Source: an uncultured bacterium
GTDB lineage: Bacteria; Babelota; Babeliae; Babelales; Vermiphilaceae
Length of the DNA: 64,000 nt
NCBI GenBank assembly: GCA_963701085.1
Contig: OY969561.1
Coordinates: forward strand, 544,001 to 608,000
Direction: 5' to 3'
Shown: positions 8,882-19,596 of the stretch, in pieces
How the letters are laid out: each line of letters begins with the position of its first letter
Numbering within the stretch: position 1 is the first letter of the stretch
Notes under the pieces: model-generated
The model's input: only the letters and a program-made list of their open reading frames with translations
Databases searched by the model: none
Told to the model about the DNA's origin: nothing
Program-made: the position numbers and the translations under genes

Positions 8882-10654
8882 TTATGCTGCGATACGTCCC
8901 AAAAATGCGTATTTATTAAACATATTTTCAACAATACCACGCTTTATTTGTGGATCATATTGCTTTGATTCAAGCTTTGCCACATCAGTTAAAAATTCAT
9001 GCGATAATGGATCTTTAAGAGAATGTGCTTTATGGCGTAATTTATAAATTAAATACACCAACTTGCCATAATCATAATCATCAAGTTGTGCAAATGATTC
9101 TATTAAAAGAGAGTTAACATCAGCAAGTGCTATGCGTATTGGTGAATAATTTTTCTTGACGGCCCATTGATATGTCTTTGCACTACCTATACAAGCAGCA
9201 GCTAGCGGAGTAAATGCAGCAAGTTTTGCCGTCCAAAAATTGTTTTTAACAAAATCACCTACAACATTACCACCATCAACAATCAACAACCCTATTTCTT
9301 TGATTAATGGAACAATTTTTTTATCGATAAGCTCTGGATAATCTTGTAATAATGTCAATAACTCATCAACCACTAAAAGAATTCGCACTTCTTCTTGATC
9401 AAGACGATCATCATAATAATAAAAGGAAGTCTTTTCAGTTAACTCATTCAGCTTTTTCAAATTATTATTCGCCACATCCTGCATAATCTCTTCTTTATTA
9501 GCAACTTTCATTTTTGTTAGCGTTGTTTCCAATATCTTTTGGGCATATTGTCGCAATGACTCTGCACTCTTTTTAGTTAAAATCGCCACATTTGATTCTA
9601 TATCATTTGCTAATTTTTCTATCTCATCAACCCTTTTTTCAATATTATCAATTGAACTTTTTGAATCAATACCAAAGAAAACTTGATACAAATCCGTCAT
9701 TGGATCAATGACAACACTTTCAACAACTCCTTGAGCAAAGGAAACTGTTTTTTTAAATGCAGCTGGTAAAACCTTAGGGTTATTTGAATGATAATGCACC
9801 GCATACCCTGCTGCCGCCAAGATTGTTGTATATGCAATCCAATTACGTACAAAATGATTTGGCTGCCTGGCTGAAGCCATTGATACAAGAGAGTCACTCT
9901 TTAATGAACCAACATATTTAATTTTTAACCCTAGTTCAGCGGCAATAGCATCAAATTTGGTCCCATCAAAACTGTAGTTAGATGACACTTTTAGACAAGA
10001 CAAAATAGCAAACAACTGTTCTATCCAGACATAACAGTCATCATACATAACACCCGTTTCAGTAAATGCATGAGCATGTTCAGTAAGCAATCCTAATAGA
10101 GTGTATAACTCACGCTGTTTACGCTCTAATTTAATCAAATTATTGGTGATCTCTTTTGCCTGAGGCTTACCCATAATCCATTTTATAGGAGACTTATGAA
10201 AAAAATAATCCAACTGATGATGATGCTGATCACGCCAATAGCAAATAACATTATCAATTTCCTCTAATGCACTCAAAAGCTCGTTACGCGCATCGTTCAA
10301 AAAAACATGCGCGCAGGTTAATAACAGCGCGCTTGATATTTGTTCATATCGTTTATACACATCACTCTCAGCGGTTTCTACTTTTACCATCTCTTGATGA
10401 GCGGAACGAATGCGTGCAAGCAATGCAGTATGAGAAAAATCACCATAATTTTTAAACAGATAACGTAACTCTTTTTTATATGACACATTATCATCAACAT
10501 ATCGCTGAGGACCCTGCATGCAATGAGCATCGGTATATTTTATATAGCGAGTTACCGCTTGCTTAAATTCAATGGAAGATTTATGCCCTGATCCAGTACA
10601 CAAAGAAAAACTCAAAAAAGATACAATTAACAACTTATTTATTGGTATATTCAC
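8882..10654 (-). CDS. NCA2/DGS1-like exported/membrane protein, paralog 2
   Basis: Signal peptide; YWRDQ..YFFHKSP, QPNHFVRNWIAYT, VIDPM, LAAFTPL, YGKLVYLIYKL, KRGIVENMFNKYAFL. Confidence 0.6.
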   Translation of the reverse strand: MNIPINKLLIVSFLSFSLCTGSGHKSSIEFKQAVTRYIKYTDAHCMQGPQRYVDDNVSYKKELRYLFKNYGDFSHTALLARIRSAHQEMVKVETAESDVYKRYEQISSALLLTCAHVFLNDARNELLSALEEIDNVICYWRDQHHHQLDYFFHKSPIKWIMGKPQAKEITNNLIKLERKQRELYTLLGLLTEHAHAFTETGVMYDDCYVWIEQLFAILSCLKVSSNYSFDGTKFDAIAAELGLKIKYVGSLKSDSLVSMASARQPNHFVRNWIAYTTILAAAGYAVHYHSNNPKVLPAAFKKTVSFAQGVVESVVIDPMTDLYQVFFGIDSKSSIDNIEKRVDEIEKLANDIESNVAILTKKSAESLRQYAQKILETTLTKMKVANKEEIMQDVANNNLKKLNELTEKTSFYYYDDRLDQEEVRILLVVDELLTLLQDYPELIDKKIVPLIKEIGLLIVDGGNVVGDFVKNNFWTAKLAAFTPLAAACIGSAKTYQWAVKKNYSPIRIALADVNSLLIESFAQLDDYDYGKLVYLIYKLRHKAHSLKDPLSHEFLTDVAKLESKQYDPQIKRGIVENMFNKYAFLGRIAA

Positions 10655-10745
10655 CAGTGTTCCTTATTGCAAAAAATGCGTATACAACGCGCATAATATC
10701 TATTTATATTATACCAGAAAAAATGAATTAGGAAAGCTACTTATT

Positions 10746-11162
10746 TTATTCAGACTGAATTTTTGAAACTTCTGCACGTAAAAACTCAAGACGCTGCTGC
10801 AACTTTTGTATCTCATCATTGCAACGCTCCAATTGGCACATTACCTTAGTTCGTTTTTGATGATAATCTGTCCGGCAGCTTTTACTCGCTTGCTTTAAAA
10901 AAGAATCTTTCTCTCCATCAGCATAGCCACTCAATAGATCAAGAGCCTCTTGTTGGACAACGTCAGTAGTTGATCGTAAGGCATTAACTGACCTATTAAG
11001 ATTATTTACTATAACAACAATATCGCTCTCAATTTCTATACATTGCTGCTCAGAGACATATTTCTTTTTATTTTTTGGCAGCGTAATAGACTCTTGTTCA
11101 ACAGAACAAGCACTACACATACCAATTACCATTACCAAAAGATTGATATACCGTTTTTTCAT
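10746..11162 (-). CDS. Putative lipoprotein, coiled-coil
   Basis: MKKR, hydrophobic stretch, CSAC lipobox-like. Confidence 0.65.
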   Translation of the reverse strand: MKKRYINLLVMVIGMCSACSVEQESITLPKNKKKYVSEQQCIEIESDIVVIVNNLNRSVNALRSTTDVVQQEALDLLSGYADGEKDSFLKQASKSCRTDYHQKRTKVMCQLERCNDEIQKLQQRLEFLRAEVSKIQSE

Positions 11163-11168
11163 ATCTTT

Positions 11169-11786
11169 TTATTTCCCACTATTAATCATGCGCAAGCCTA
11201 TCCGCGCATATTGCCCAAATGACGCACTAATAAAGAGTATCATAACGCCAAGCATTGTATAATAGGTCTTAATGGGCATCCAGCAAAAAAAATAACAGGC
11301 AAAAAGCCACATAATAAATATCATCTGGATACAGGTAGTTGTTTTTCCAAGAATTGTCGGCTGTACGTTCAAATGACCACGCAAGCGATAAATAACAAAG
11401 GCCCCCACAATTTGTATCACCTCTTTACCCACCACAAAAAGCACAAACCAGCGTGGAATAGAAAACAGTGGCGTAGTTACAAAAGCTAACGTGAAAAAGC
11501 AGGATATCAGCAGTAATTTATCTGCTATTGGATCAAGACAAGCACCAAGAAATGTTTTTTCATTCAACAAACGGGCCAAAAGGCCATCAATAACATCGGT
11601 AAAACAGGCAAAAACAAAGAAAAAAAATGCGCACCCCCACCAACCAATAATCATGGCGCCAATTATTATTGGAACTAAAATTATTCGCAAAAGCGTAAAA
11701 AGCGTTGGAATGGTAATACGCTTTTCTGCATCTGGTAAGCGTTTGAAAATGCGTAACGTAAATCGAGATAGGTTAATTTTTTTCAT
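11169..11786 (-). CDS. pgsA: CDP-alcohol phosphatidyltransferase (PgsA/cardiolipin synthase-like)
   Basis: TIPTLFTLLR; DVIDGLLAR...GACLDPIADK signature. Confidence 0.8.
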   Translation of the reverse strand: MKKINLSRFTLRIFKRLPDAEKRITIPTLFTLLRIILVPIIIGAMIIGWWGCAFFFFVFACFTDVIDGLLARLLNEKTFLGACLDPIADKLLLISCFFTLAFVTTPLFSIPRWFVLFVVGKEVIQIVGAFVIYRLRGHLNVQPTILGKTTTCIQMIFIMWLFACYFFCWMPIKTYYTMLGVMILFISASFGQYARIGLRMINSGK

Positions 11787-11794
11787 TGATACAC

Positions 11795-12862
11795 CTAAGA
11801 ACTTATCACCGCACTACCAACGCATACATCACCATCATAAAACACTGCATACTGCCCCGGCGCAATACCTTGATCACGAGCGGAAAGGATTACGGTGCCC
11901 GCGTGCCCATCTGTATCATATTCTATGGTGCATTCATACTTTTGCGCTCCATGACGCAATTTAACCGCAAAACTGTTTTTATCAGGCTTTATACCGGATA
12001 ACCAATGAAACTTTTCAACAACAAATGAGTTGCGTTGTTTTTCATCATCGTAATAATTGCGAGAAATAAAAACTATATTTTTCTCAATATCTTTTGCAAC
12101 AACATACCACGGACCACCGCCTAGACCAAGTCCTTGCCGTTGACCGATAGTATAAAACCAAAAACCATCCTGATTTCCCATAACTGTTCCGGTTTCACTC
12201 TCAATCATCTTCCCGGTTTGCATACCCAAATGGTGCCTAATAAAATCACTAAACTTAAATTTACCCAAAAAACAGATACCCTGACTATCTTTACGATCTT
12301 TATTTGGCAAATTAAACTCATGCGCTAACGCACGCAGTTCACTTTTTTGCATATGTCCAATGGGGAACATGACTCGTTTTAATTGTTGCTGACTTAGATG
12401 AGACAAAAAATAAGTTTGATCTTTGATAGGATCTGGGGATTGAAGCAGTTCAACAATGCCATCTTTTACACAAACTTGTGCGTAGTGACCAGATGCTATT
12501 TTTTCAAAGCTAGGATCAATTTTATCAAGAAAAAGACCAAATTTAATACGTTGATTACATAAAATATCAGGATTTGGTGTACGGCCTGCTTTAACTTCCG
12601 CAATGGTATAGGCAACCACCTCATCCTTGTACTCTTTTTGCAAGGAGACTACTTCAAGAGGGACATCAAGCTGCTCACATACCTGCTTTACAAAGCTCAG
12701 ATCGTTTTCCCATGGACAGTCACCCAAATAAGAAAGCTCATCTTCTAACCAAATTTTAAGGTAAAAAGCAGTTACATCATATCCCTGGCTTTTAAGCAGT
12801 TGAAGCGCAACAGAACTATCAACGCCACCAGAAACAAGAACCGCAACCTTCATTTTCTTCAT
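11795..12862 (-). CDS. mnmA: tRNA 2-thiouridylase MnmA
   Basis: SGGVDSS, GRTPNPDILCN, KDQTYFL, DSQGICF, TIGQRQGLG, APGQ. Confidence 0.97.
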   Translation of the reverse strand: MKKMKVAVLVSGGVDSSVALQLLKSQGYDVTAFYLKIWLEDELSYLGDCPWENDLSFVKQVCEQLDVPLEVVSLQKEYKDEVVAYTIAEVKAGRTPNPDILCNQRIKFGLFLDKIDPSFEKIASGHYAQVCVKDGIVELLQSPDPIKDQTYFLSHLSQQQLKRVMFPIGHMQKSELRALAHEFNLPNKDRKDSQGICFLGKFKFSDFIRHHLGMQTGKMIESETGTVMGNQDGFWFYTIGQRQGLGLGGGPWYVVAKDIEKNIVFISRNYYDDEKQRNSFVVEKFHWLSGIKPDKNSFAVKLRHGAQKYECTIEYDTDGHAGTVILSARDQGIAPGQYAVFYDGDVCVGSAVISS

Positions 12863-13029
12863 TTTTTCCTTCAGTATTCAACGCATATATCTTTATAAGC
12901 ATATCATTTTCATGGAAAATTTCAATTTGTCCTGCAACAAAACAACATTTTTACAATTCTCTTGATCTTGGATATTTCTTTATTATATAACCATAAAGTA
13001 ATAAAACTTTTTAAAAATGAGGATATGTT

Positions 13030-13230
13030 ATGCAAAAAAGAGAATTAGCTAAATTTCTTTCCGGTGTCGCTGTTGCTAAAGTAGGATGCCATGCAGTGTT
13101 AGCCGCAAGTAATGTATTACCACTTACTTTATTAGGATGCACTATTTCCGTTAATTGTAATTTTTGGATGCTTATAATCTGGACTGCCGCAGCGATATTT
13201 CTAATCCACTATGCCTGGTTCAAAAAATAA
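13030..13230 (+). CDS. Small two-TM membrane protein
   Basis: 66 aa, GAGGA RBS, two hydrophobic segments, coupled to dipZ. Confidence 0.6.
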   Translation: MQKRELAKFLSGVAVAKVGCHAVLAASNVLPLTLLGCTISVNCNFWMLIIWTAAAIFLIHYAWFKK

Positions 13231-13232
13231 AC

Positions 13233-14873
13233 ATGATTATACTGCTCATTTTTGCTTTTTTCGCGGGCTTTATAACGATTTTATCACCATGTATTCTTTC
13301 TATTGCCCCAATTTTACTTGCCGCAAGCGCAGAAGAAAGCCGCTATAAACCACTTGGAATCATTGCCGGTTTGATTATCAGCTTTTCATTTTTTACGTTA
13401 TCACTAACGGCCATTGTACAAGCAACCGGCATATCTCCTGATATTTTTCGCTCTATTGCACTTGGAATGATCATATTTTTTGGCTTAACTATGATCATTC
13501 CATTTTTTGAAAATACATTTGCTCTTTTTACCGCATACATCGCGCGCATAGGAAGCTCCCTACAAGAACATGCAATTCCAATAAAAACAGAACTTATTAG
13601 CGGACTATTGATTGGTATTGCACTTGGTTTACTGTGGACTCCCTGTGCAGGACCTATTTTAGCAACAATCACTACTATTGCTGCAACAGAAGGCGTTACC
13701 TTGACTTCCATATTGATCATCCTTGCATACAGTATCGGCGCAGCAATACCCATGCTATTACTCTGTTTTGGTGGTGCAAAAATTATAAACTCCACAACCG
13801 CTCTTGCACCCTACGCGCACACCATTCGCCAAATCTTTGGGATCATCATTATTACCAGCGCTTTAGCAATTATTTTCCATGCTGATACGTTTATCCAAGA
13901 AAAAATTGCGCACCTGTTCCCCTCTATTGATATTGAAAAAAGTAGTAGACTACAAAAGGAACTCAGCATGCTCAAAAAAACACCTTCTCAAAACACAAAT
14001 AATCAGGCGCCCGAACTAGTCGGCATTGCTGATTGGCTTAACTCACAACCTCTTACCCTCGCACAGCTCAAAGGCAAAGTAGTACTTCTTGATTTTTGGA
14101 CATACACCTGCATTAACTGCATTCGCACATTGCCGCACGTCGTTGAATGGTACAAATCCTACAAAGATAAAGGCCTAGAAATAATTGGCATTCATACACC
14201 AGAATTTGCTTTTGAAAAAAACAAAACACATGTAGAAGATGCCATAAAAAGATTCAACATCACCTACCCGGTAGCTCTTGATAATGATTATAAAACATGG
14301 CAGGCATATGATAACCATTACTGGCCAGCACACTATTTGATTGATCAAAATGGCATGATTGTAAAAACACATTTTGGTGAAGGTAATTATGTAGAGATGG
14401 AAAATGCTATATGCGCATTGCTCAAGTTACCCGCATGCACCAAAAAAGATGAGCTCCCATTCCGCAAGGAACTTACCCCCGAAACATACCTTGGTTTTGA
14501 ACGTGGCGACCATTACCAACCAACACTACCGATACAAAAAAATGCACCTGCTCTCTACCAATCAACAGAACCTCTTGGCGATGATAAGGTTGGCCTTACT
14601 GGCACATGGACCGTTACAGCCGACCACATTCATAGTGAAACCGATAACAGTGAAATTACATTAAATTTTATCGCAAATCATGTGTACATTGTCATGCAGT
14701 CAGACAAGCCTCAACAAGTATCCATACTTCTTGATGGCAAAAAAGAAGGCACCATTTTAGTACATGAACCACGCGCATATGAAGTCATTGATCTAAAAGA
14801 AAATTACGGCAGACACACGTTAACACTGCAATGCAACAAAGATATCAACGCGTATGTATTCACTTTTGGCTAA
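13233..14873 (+). CDS. dipZ: DipZ (CcdA-like TM domain + thioredoxin-like domain)
   Basis: LSPCIL, WTPCAGPIL, DFWTYTCINC, HTPEF, TPETYLG; ATG at 13233 preferred. Confidence 0.9.
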   Translation: MIILLIFAFFAGFITILSPCILSIAPILLAASAEESRYKPLGIIAGLIISFSFFTLSLTAIVQATGISPDIFRSIALGMIIFFGLTMIIPFFENTFALFTAYIARIGSSLQEHAIPIKTELISGLLIGIALGLLWTPCAGPILATITTIAATEGVTLTSILIILAYSIGAAIPMLLLCFGGAKIINSTTALAPYAHTIRQIFGIIIITSALAIIFHADTFIQEKIAHLFPSIDIEKSSRLQKELSMLKKTPSQNTNNQAPELVGIADWLNSQPLTLAQLKGKVVLLDFWTYTCINCIRTLPHVVEWYKSYKDKGLEIIGIHTPEFAFEKNKTHVEDAIKRFNITYPVALDNDYKTWQAYDNHYWPAHYLIDQNGMIVKTHFGEGNYVEMENAICALLKLPACTKKDELPFRKELTPETYLGFERGDHYQPTLPIQKNAPALYQSTEPLGDDKVGLTGTWTVTADHIHSETDNSEITLNFIANHVYIVMQSDKPQQVSILLDGKKEGTILVHEPRAYEVIDLKENYGRHTLTLQCNKDINAYVFTFG

Positions 14874-15384
14874 TTTTTTTTACCATTCTCACCAGTTCTT
14901 TAAGCTCTTTAATTCTGACCGATGCCAAGCCACGATGAGGTGCATGCATTACATATACTTTTGATGCACCAATATCAGGCTGCCATCCATACGTAATCTT
15001 TGATGTACCAATAAAACGATCATAGGTTACTTTACCAACAAAACAAACCACTAATGGTTTATAGCGTTCTATATCCCTGCGTACATGCTCCGCTCCGGCT
15101 ACTGATTCAGCACGCGTTATTACATTCGCCGTCTTAGTGGCTCTATTGGCTACATTCAGCAATCCAAAATTATAAACTTTTTTAAATGCATGCAAATAAA
15201 GATTTTTCAATTGCACATCATCTTTAAGCACTTCGCGCGGTTCAGACAAAAGACCTGCATCATGCAACAGATACCAAAACATTTTATTATTAGAAAAAGG
15301 AATTTCACGCTGAGCAGAACCAGGATGAGGATTAATTCCTACGAACACAATTTTTAATCCATAACCTATTTGATATTTAATCAT
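14860..15384 (-). CDS. mug: Mismatch-specific uracil-DNA glycosylase (Mug/TDG family)
   Basis: VFVGINP, NMFW-like NNKMFW, VCFVGK. Confidence 0.8.
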   Translation of the reverse strand: MIKYQIGYGLKIVFVGINPHPGSAQREIPFSNNKMFWYLLHDAGLLSEPREVLKDDVQLKNLYLHAFKKVYNFGLLNVANRATKTANVITRAESVAGAEHVRRDIERYKPLVVCFVGKVTYDRFIGTSKITYGWQPDIGASKVYVMHAPHRGLASVRIKELKELVRMVKKISQK

Positions 15385-15392
15385 AATTTTAC

Positions 15393-15433
15393 TGCGCTCG
15401 TCCTGAACTCGTTGAAGGATATCTTTGAGCGCA
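15393..15433. repeat. Family A palindromic element
   Basis: tgcgctcgtcctgaactcgttgaaggatatctttgagcgca. Confidence 0.8.
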
Positions 15434-15447
15434 GGAAAAAAATATCG

Positions 15448-15978
15448 TTAATTTTTTGCCGGATACGTTACTGTTGTTCCCTGCACAACTGCCCATGGAG
15501 TTAGTGTATGTAATTTTACTTCTGATTTACTATATATATCATTGACCTGTATGCCATGAGCAAGTAATGCATCACCAATAAGTGATCGATGACATCGCCA
15601 CGGCACCGCTTCAGCACACATGATGACCACTACTTTATGCTCAGCTATAGTAATGAGTTCTTGTAAGCCTTCTTTAAATTCATCGGTTTGCATGTAATCA
15701 GCATAGCCACGGAATGAAAGATTTTTCCAAGCCATATTAATTGAATCTTTGGATGCATGACGTAAACCACCGAGCTTTTTTTCATGACGATAATTAATGT
15801 GATGATTGCGTAAAACATGCGCCAACTCTTCACCATTAAATTGAGGATTGTGGCGTGATTTTGGTATAGTACGAATATCAACAAGTTCATCTATATGATA
15901 ATGCTTTATAATCTCTATAAAATCTTCAATTGATCTCGTTGAATGGCCAATGGTAAATACCGATAAATCTTTTTTCAT
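15448..15978 (-). CDS. DUF488 family protein
   Basis: TIGHSTR, LVDIRTIPKSR, MCAEAVPWRCHRSLI. Confidence 0.9.
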   Translation of the reverse strand: MKKDLSVFTIGHSTRSIEDFIEIIKHYHIDELVDIRTIPKSRHNPQFNGEELAHVLRNHHINYRHEKKLGGLRHASKDSINMAWKNLSFRGYADYMQTDEFKEGLQELITIAEHKVVVIMCAEAVPWRCHRSLIGDALLAHGIQVNDIYSKSEVKLHTLTPWAVVQGTTVTYPAKN

Positions 15979-16016
15979 ATGACTTATAACTCCTCTAATA
16001 GTTTACTCATAAACAA

Positions 16017-17192
16017 CTAGACAATACATATATCACGACGTTGCAAAAGTGCAGGAAGTTTACCAATTACAACATAATCATGCTTCTTTTCTTTAACTGC
16101 CATATGATAGACGCAGTACCCAAGAAGATATAAACCAGTTACCCAAGAAGCCCCCAGAGTTGGCCGCTCTGCACTTCGTGCTATAGACTCAACAATCTTA
16201 AAAAAAATAATTCTTGCAAAAGTGCCCATCATGTTCTTTGCCTTTAACGTAGTTGAACCTGTCAACGCAAACGTAAAACAATCATACATCGGAATACCTG
16301 CTGAAAACCACGATACCATTTTCATGTACACTAAGGGATTGAGGCAATAGATATGCTCATCTCTCATTGGGACACGTGCATTAAAAAAATCTCTACTTCC
16401 TGTTGCTTGATATGCACGCACAGCTTCAGCGTTAAAATCATTCGCTATTGCGTTAATCCTAACATTCCTTTCATTTACGCCACAAATATCGAACCAAGGA
16501 AGCGCGAACGTTATAAAAACTGATAAAAAAAATGGTAAATAACGCAGATCCTCTTTGATGAATTTTTTGAGGGTAAATGATTCATAAAATTCATAGCGGT
16601 AATAGGGTTTACCATTTTCTAAAAAAGAATTCTGGAATATCTCAGCTACCTTAGCAATAGCTTCCAATTCACTTTTATCACGACTGCGGTCAACACAAGG
16701 CTCACCAAAAACAGTAATTTCTTTGGCAAGACCACAAATAATATCAGGTTTAAAATGAGGATTCTGGAAACAACGCTCTCTAAAAAAAGCATTTTTTTCA
16801 TCATTAATAATGTCTAAAAAACCCTCATAACAATATGCCTGTGCAATAGGCATATGCAAAAAAGCTTTGACGTGCTCATCATCCTTATACAAGCAACAAG
16901 CAATAGCTATTCGCAAATCTGGCACAAACTTTGTAGCAATATTAAATAATGCGTTCAGGCGTTCATCTTTATGATTGATAATGTTTTTAGTTACTTTTCT
17001 TTTGTCCCTTTCAGACAATGAAGAAAACCACACAGCTCCCTTACTCAACGATGTCAGCGGAAACCCTTTTAAAGATTTAAATGTTACTATGCGCTGATTT
17101 TTATTATCAGGCTCAAGGGAACGCTTCATGGGATAAGCAACGCCAAAAGAGATGAGCATAAAAAACACATTTATTTTTTTAACAATACACAC
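16017..17192 (-). CDS. Exported/membrane hypothetical protein
   Basis: 391 aa; signal peptide VAYP|MKR; C-terminal hydrophobic segments. Confidence 0.7.
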   Translation of the reverse strand: MCIVKKINVFFMLISFGVAYPMKRSLEPDNKNQRIVTFKSLKGFPLTSLSKGAVWFSSLSERDKRKVTKNIINHKDERLNALFNIATKFVPDLRIAIACCLYKDDEHVKAFLHMPIAQAYCYEGFLDIINDEKNAFFRERCFQNPHFKPDIICGLAKEITVFGEPCVDRSRDKSELEAIAKVAEIFQNSFLENGKPYYRYEFYESFTLKKFIKEDLRYLPFFLSVFITFALPWFDICGVNERNVRINAIANDFNAEAVRAYQATGSRDFFNARVPMRDEHIYCLNPLVYMKMVSWFSAGIPMYDCFTFALTGSTTLKAKNMMGTFARIIFFKIVESIARSAERPTLGASWVTGLYLLGYCVYHMAVKEKKHDYVVIGKLPALLQRRDICIV

Positions 17193-17330
17193 TGATGCAG
17201 CCCTTTATGATTTATTATTTTTGCAAAAAAACTAGTGACACTCAATATGCAACAACATTCTTCATTGATTTCTTAAATGTATATCGTTACAATAGCGATC
17301 ATAATACACCACCCATAACAAAAAAACACT

Positions 17331-18410
17331 ATGTTATCACAAAAAACAAATCTCATACTACTTGTTGCTCTTTTACTCAACCTGAGTGCTAATCTTACGG
17401 GCATGGAAATAACCTATACGCCTGACTCATTAATTGCTAATCCTGTACAATATCTTACGAACATGAACACAGCGCTTGATGCATTCAAACAAGAAGCAGA
17501 TAATCTTGAGACAACAAAAACAACAGATCAACACGACCTTGCAAACCTCACCAAAAAATATAAAGCCGTAATTCAAAAACACGAACAAACCTGTCCTTTA
17601 TTTTTACTAAAAGAATGCACCAAAGAAATAGGAAATATACAACTCAACAACAATTGTTTACTCAGCAGAACATATAAACCGCATTTTAGAGAAATTTTTG
17701 AAAAACACACCAGTCAACTATTAATTGAAAAATTACAAGCATCATCAACAACCCCGATTACTTATACAAGTTTTGGCTGTGGTGAAGCATTCCAGGACCT
17801 CATTATTATCACCAAGGTGCTTATAAAACAACCAAAGGCACTGTTAACTATTCATCTGATAGACGGTAACAACACTCCCTATGTAGCCGCTGTAGATTTT
17901 CTTGCTTGTTCTCGAGAAATAACAATAAAGCATGATTTTAGCTTTGATTCTCGACTGGAAGAATATGAACCATACGCTCGAAATAAAGACAAGGATTATC
18001 CGGAAATTCAGGCTATGTCTCATCAAGCACTAAAGCAACAATTAACGCTATTATGTCTGGAAAAAGAAGCACAATACAAACAATTTTTATCATGGCTCAC
18101 GCAAAAGTTTCCTTTATCACAGATTTCTCTCTACTTGCATGATCAAGTCATTAATTATTGCAACTTTATAAAAAAGAACAATCTCCCCCATGCCGATGTT
18201 ATAACTGCTGCTGACATTGAAGATGACGAAAGTCTCGCAAACGGGAGTATTCAAGACTATAAGATACTTTGCGGAGAAACATTAACTAAAAACCCTACAT
18301 CAGTTAATGCATGGTTAGGCAAGCTTGATGACAATTCCGCAAGAATATTAACAGTCTCTTTGCCAACAAGATTATCTTTTAAACTTAATGAAATTATTCT
18401 TGAGGCTTAG
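17331..18410 (+). CDS. Exported hypothetical protein, possible Rossmann-like motif
   Basis: Signal peptide NLTG|MEI; YTSFGCG...IHLID pattern. Confidence 0.7.
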   Translation: MLSQKTNLILLVALLLNLSANLTGMEITYTPDSLIANPVQYLTNMNTALDAFKQEADNLETTKTTDQHDLANLTKKYKAVIQKHEQTCPLFLLKECTKEIGNIQLNNNCLLSRTYKPHFREIFEKHTSQLLIEKLQASSTTPITYTSFGCGEAFQDLIIITKVLIKQPKALLTIHLIDGNNTPYVAAVDFLACSREITIKHDFSFDSRLEEYEPYARNKDKDYPEIQAMSHQALKQQLTLLCLEKEAQYKQFLSWLTQKFPLSQISLYLHDQVINYCNFIKKNNLPHADVITAADIEDDESLANGSIQDYKILCGETLTKNPTSVNAWLGKLDDNSARILTVSLPTRLSFKLNEIILEA

Positions 18411-18762
18411 TTTCCTCTAAGATCCCCACCGCATCTTCTGCCGGCGCATAAATGGTGAACAATTTAAGACTTTCTGTGCCACTGTTTTTAAAATTGTGCT
18501 TTGTTCCTGCCGGGACAAAAACTAAATGATTGGGATACACCTCAGAAACAACATCATTAATAATTGCTTGCCCACGACCTTGTACAAAAATCAATATTTG
18601 ATCTACCGTATGAGCTTCTGAGCCAATTTCTTCCCCTACCGGAATGCACATAATCACTACTTGACTATGCTCACCCGTAACAATCTCTTTTCTATAAAAA
18701 GCATTTTTTATGGTTATATCAAAAATATTTTCATTAAAAAATTCTTTTGTATTTATATACAT
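18394..18762 (-). CDS. Cupin domain protein
   Basis: EIGSEAH..DQ; VFVPAGTKHNFKN; LKLFTIYAP. Confidence 0.9.
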   Translation of the reverse strand: MYINTKEFFNENIFDITIKNAFYRKEIVTGEHSQVVIMCIPVGEEIGSEAHTVDQILIFVQGRGQAIINDVVSEVYPNHLVFVPAGTKHNFKNSGTESLKLFTIYAPAEDAVGILEETKPQE

Positions 18763-18911
18763 ATCTATTTCCTTTTTTTACCTTACGGTAAAATAATTTC
18801 TTAAAAAATAGCAATACATAAAATGCTAATTTGTTTTTCAAAGAACATAACTTCTGCTAAGCTCAAGTCACTCATAACTAACCACTGTTTTCCCATAAAA
18901 AGGATCTTTAT

Positions 18912-19592
18912 ATGAATATTTTTTCTGGCAACTCCCTCTGGCAACTTGTTTATCAATCAGATACGGTCAGTAAATGTGTACTGCTTATATTATTCGGCAT
19001 GTCTGTTATATGCTGGGCAGTTTTTATTGGCAAACTTGCACTGCTACAGATAAAAGAACGACAATTCAAAGATATAAATAAAAAAGCTCAACAAATAAAA
19101 ACCATTACCGATCTTGTTGATATCACCGCAACCGCTCGCAACACTGCACCAAGTTATTTTATTACCAAAAACCTCGCATTCCTCAAAGAGCTTTGCGTGG
19201 GTAACCAAGGGCAGAAAATTGACGATAATCAATGGGAACTGCTCGAAAGATATATCGATAACTCAATTGAAGCAATGCTCCTACATAATGAAGAATACAT
19301 AGCAATACTCTCATCAAGTGCTGCCGTTGCGCCACTACTTGGTCTCTTTGGAACTGTATGGGGACTTGTACATTCATTCATGCGCATTAGTGAAACGCAA
19401 GTTGCTGATATTGCAACCATTGCACCTGGTATTGCAGAAGCGCTTATTACTACACTTGCAGGATTAGTTGTTGCAATTCCGGCGCTTATTATGTTCAACT
19501 ATTTACACACTAAAACACGCGCATTAGAACATAGTCTTATCACACTCGCGGACCGAATGACATTTATTTTTCAGCAACTTCGTGGAAGGTAA
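18912..19592 (+). CDS. tolQ: TolQ/ExbB proton channel protein
   Basis: APLLGLFGTVWG, APGIAEALITTLAGLVVAIPA. Confidence 0.9.
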   Translation: MNIFSGNSLWQLVYQSDTVSKCVLLILFGMSVICWAVFIGKLALLQIKERQFKDINKKAQQIKTITDLVDITATARNTAPSYFITKNLAFLKELCVGNQGQKIDDNQWELLERYIDNSIEAMLLHNEEYIAILSSSAAVAPLLGLFGTVWGLVHSFMRISETQVADIATIAPGIAEALITTLAGLVVAIPALIMFNYLHTKTRALEHSLITLADRMTFIFQQLRGR

Positions 19593-19596
19593 ATAG

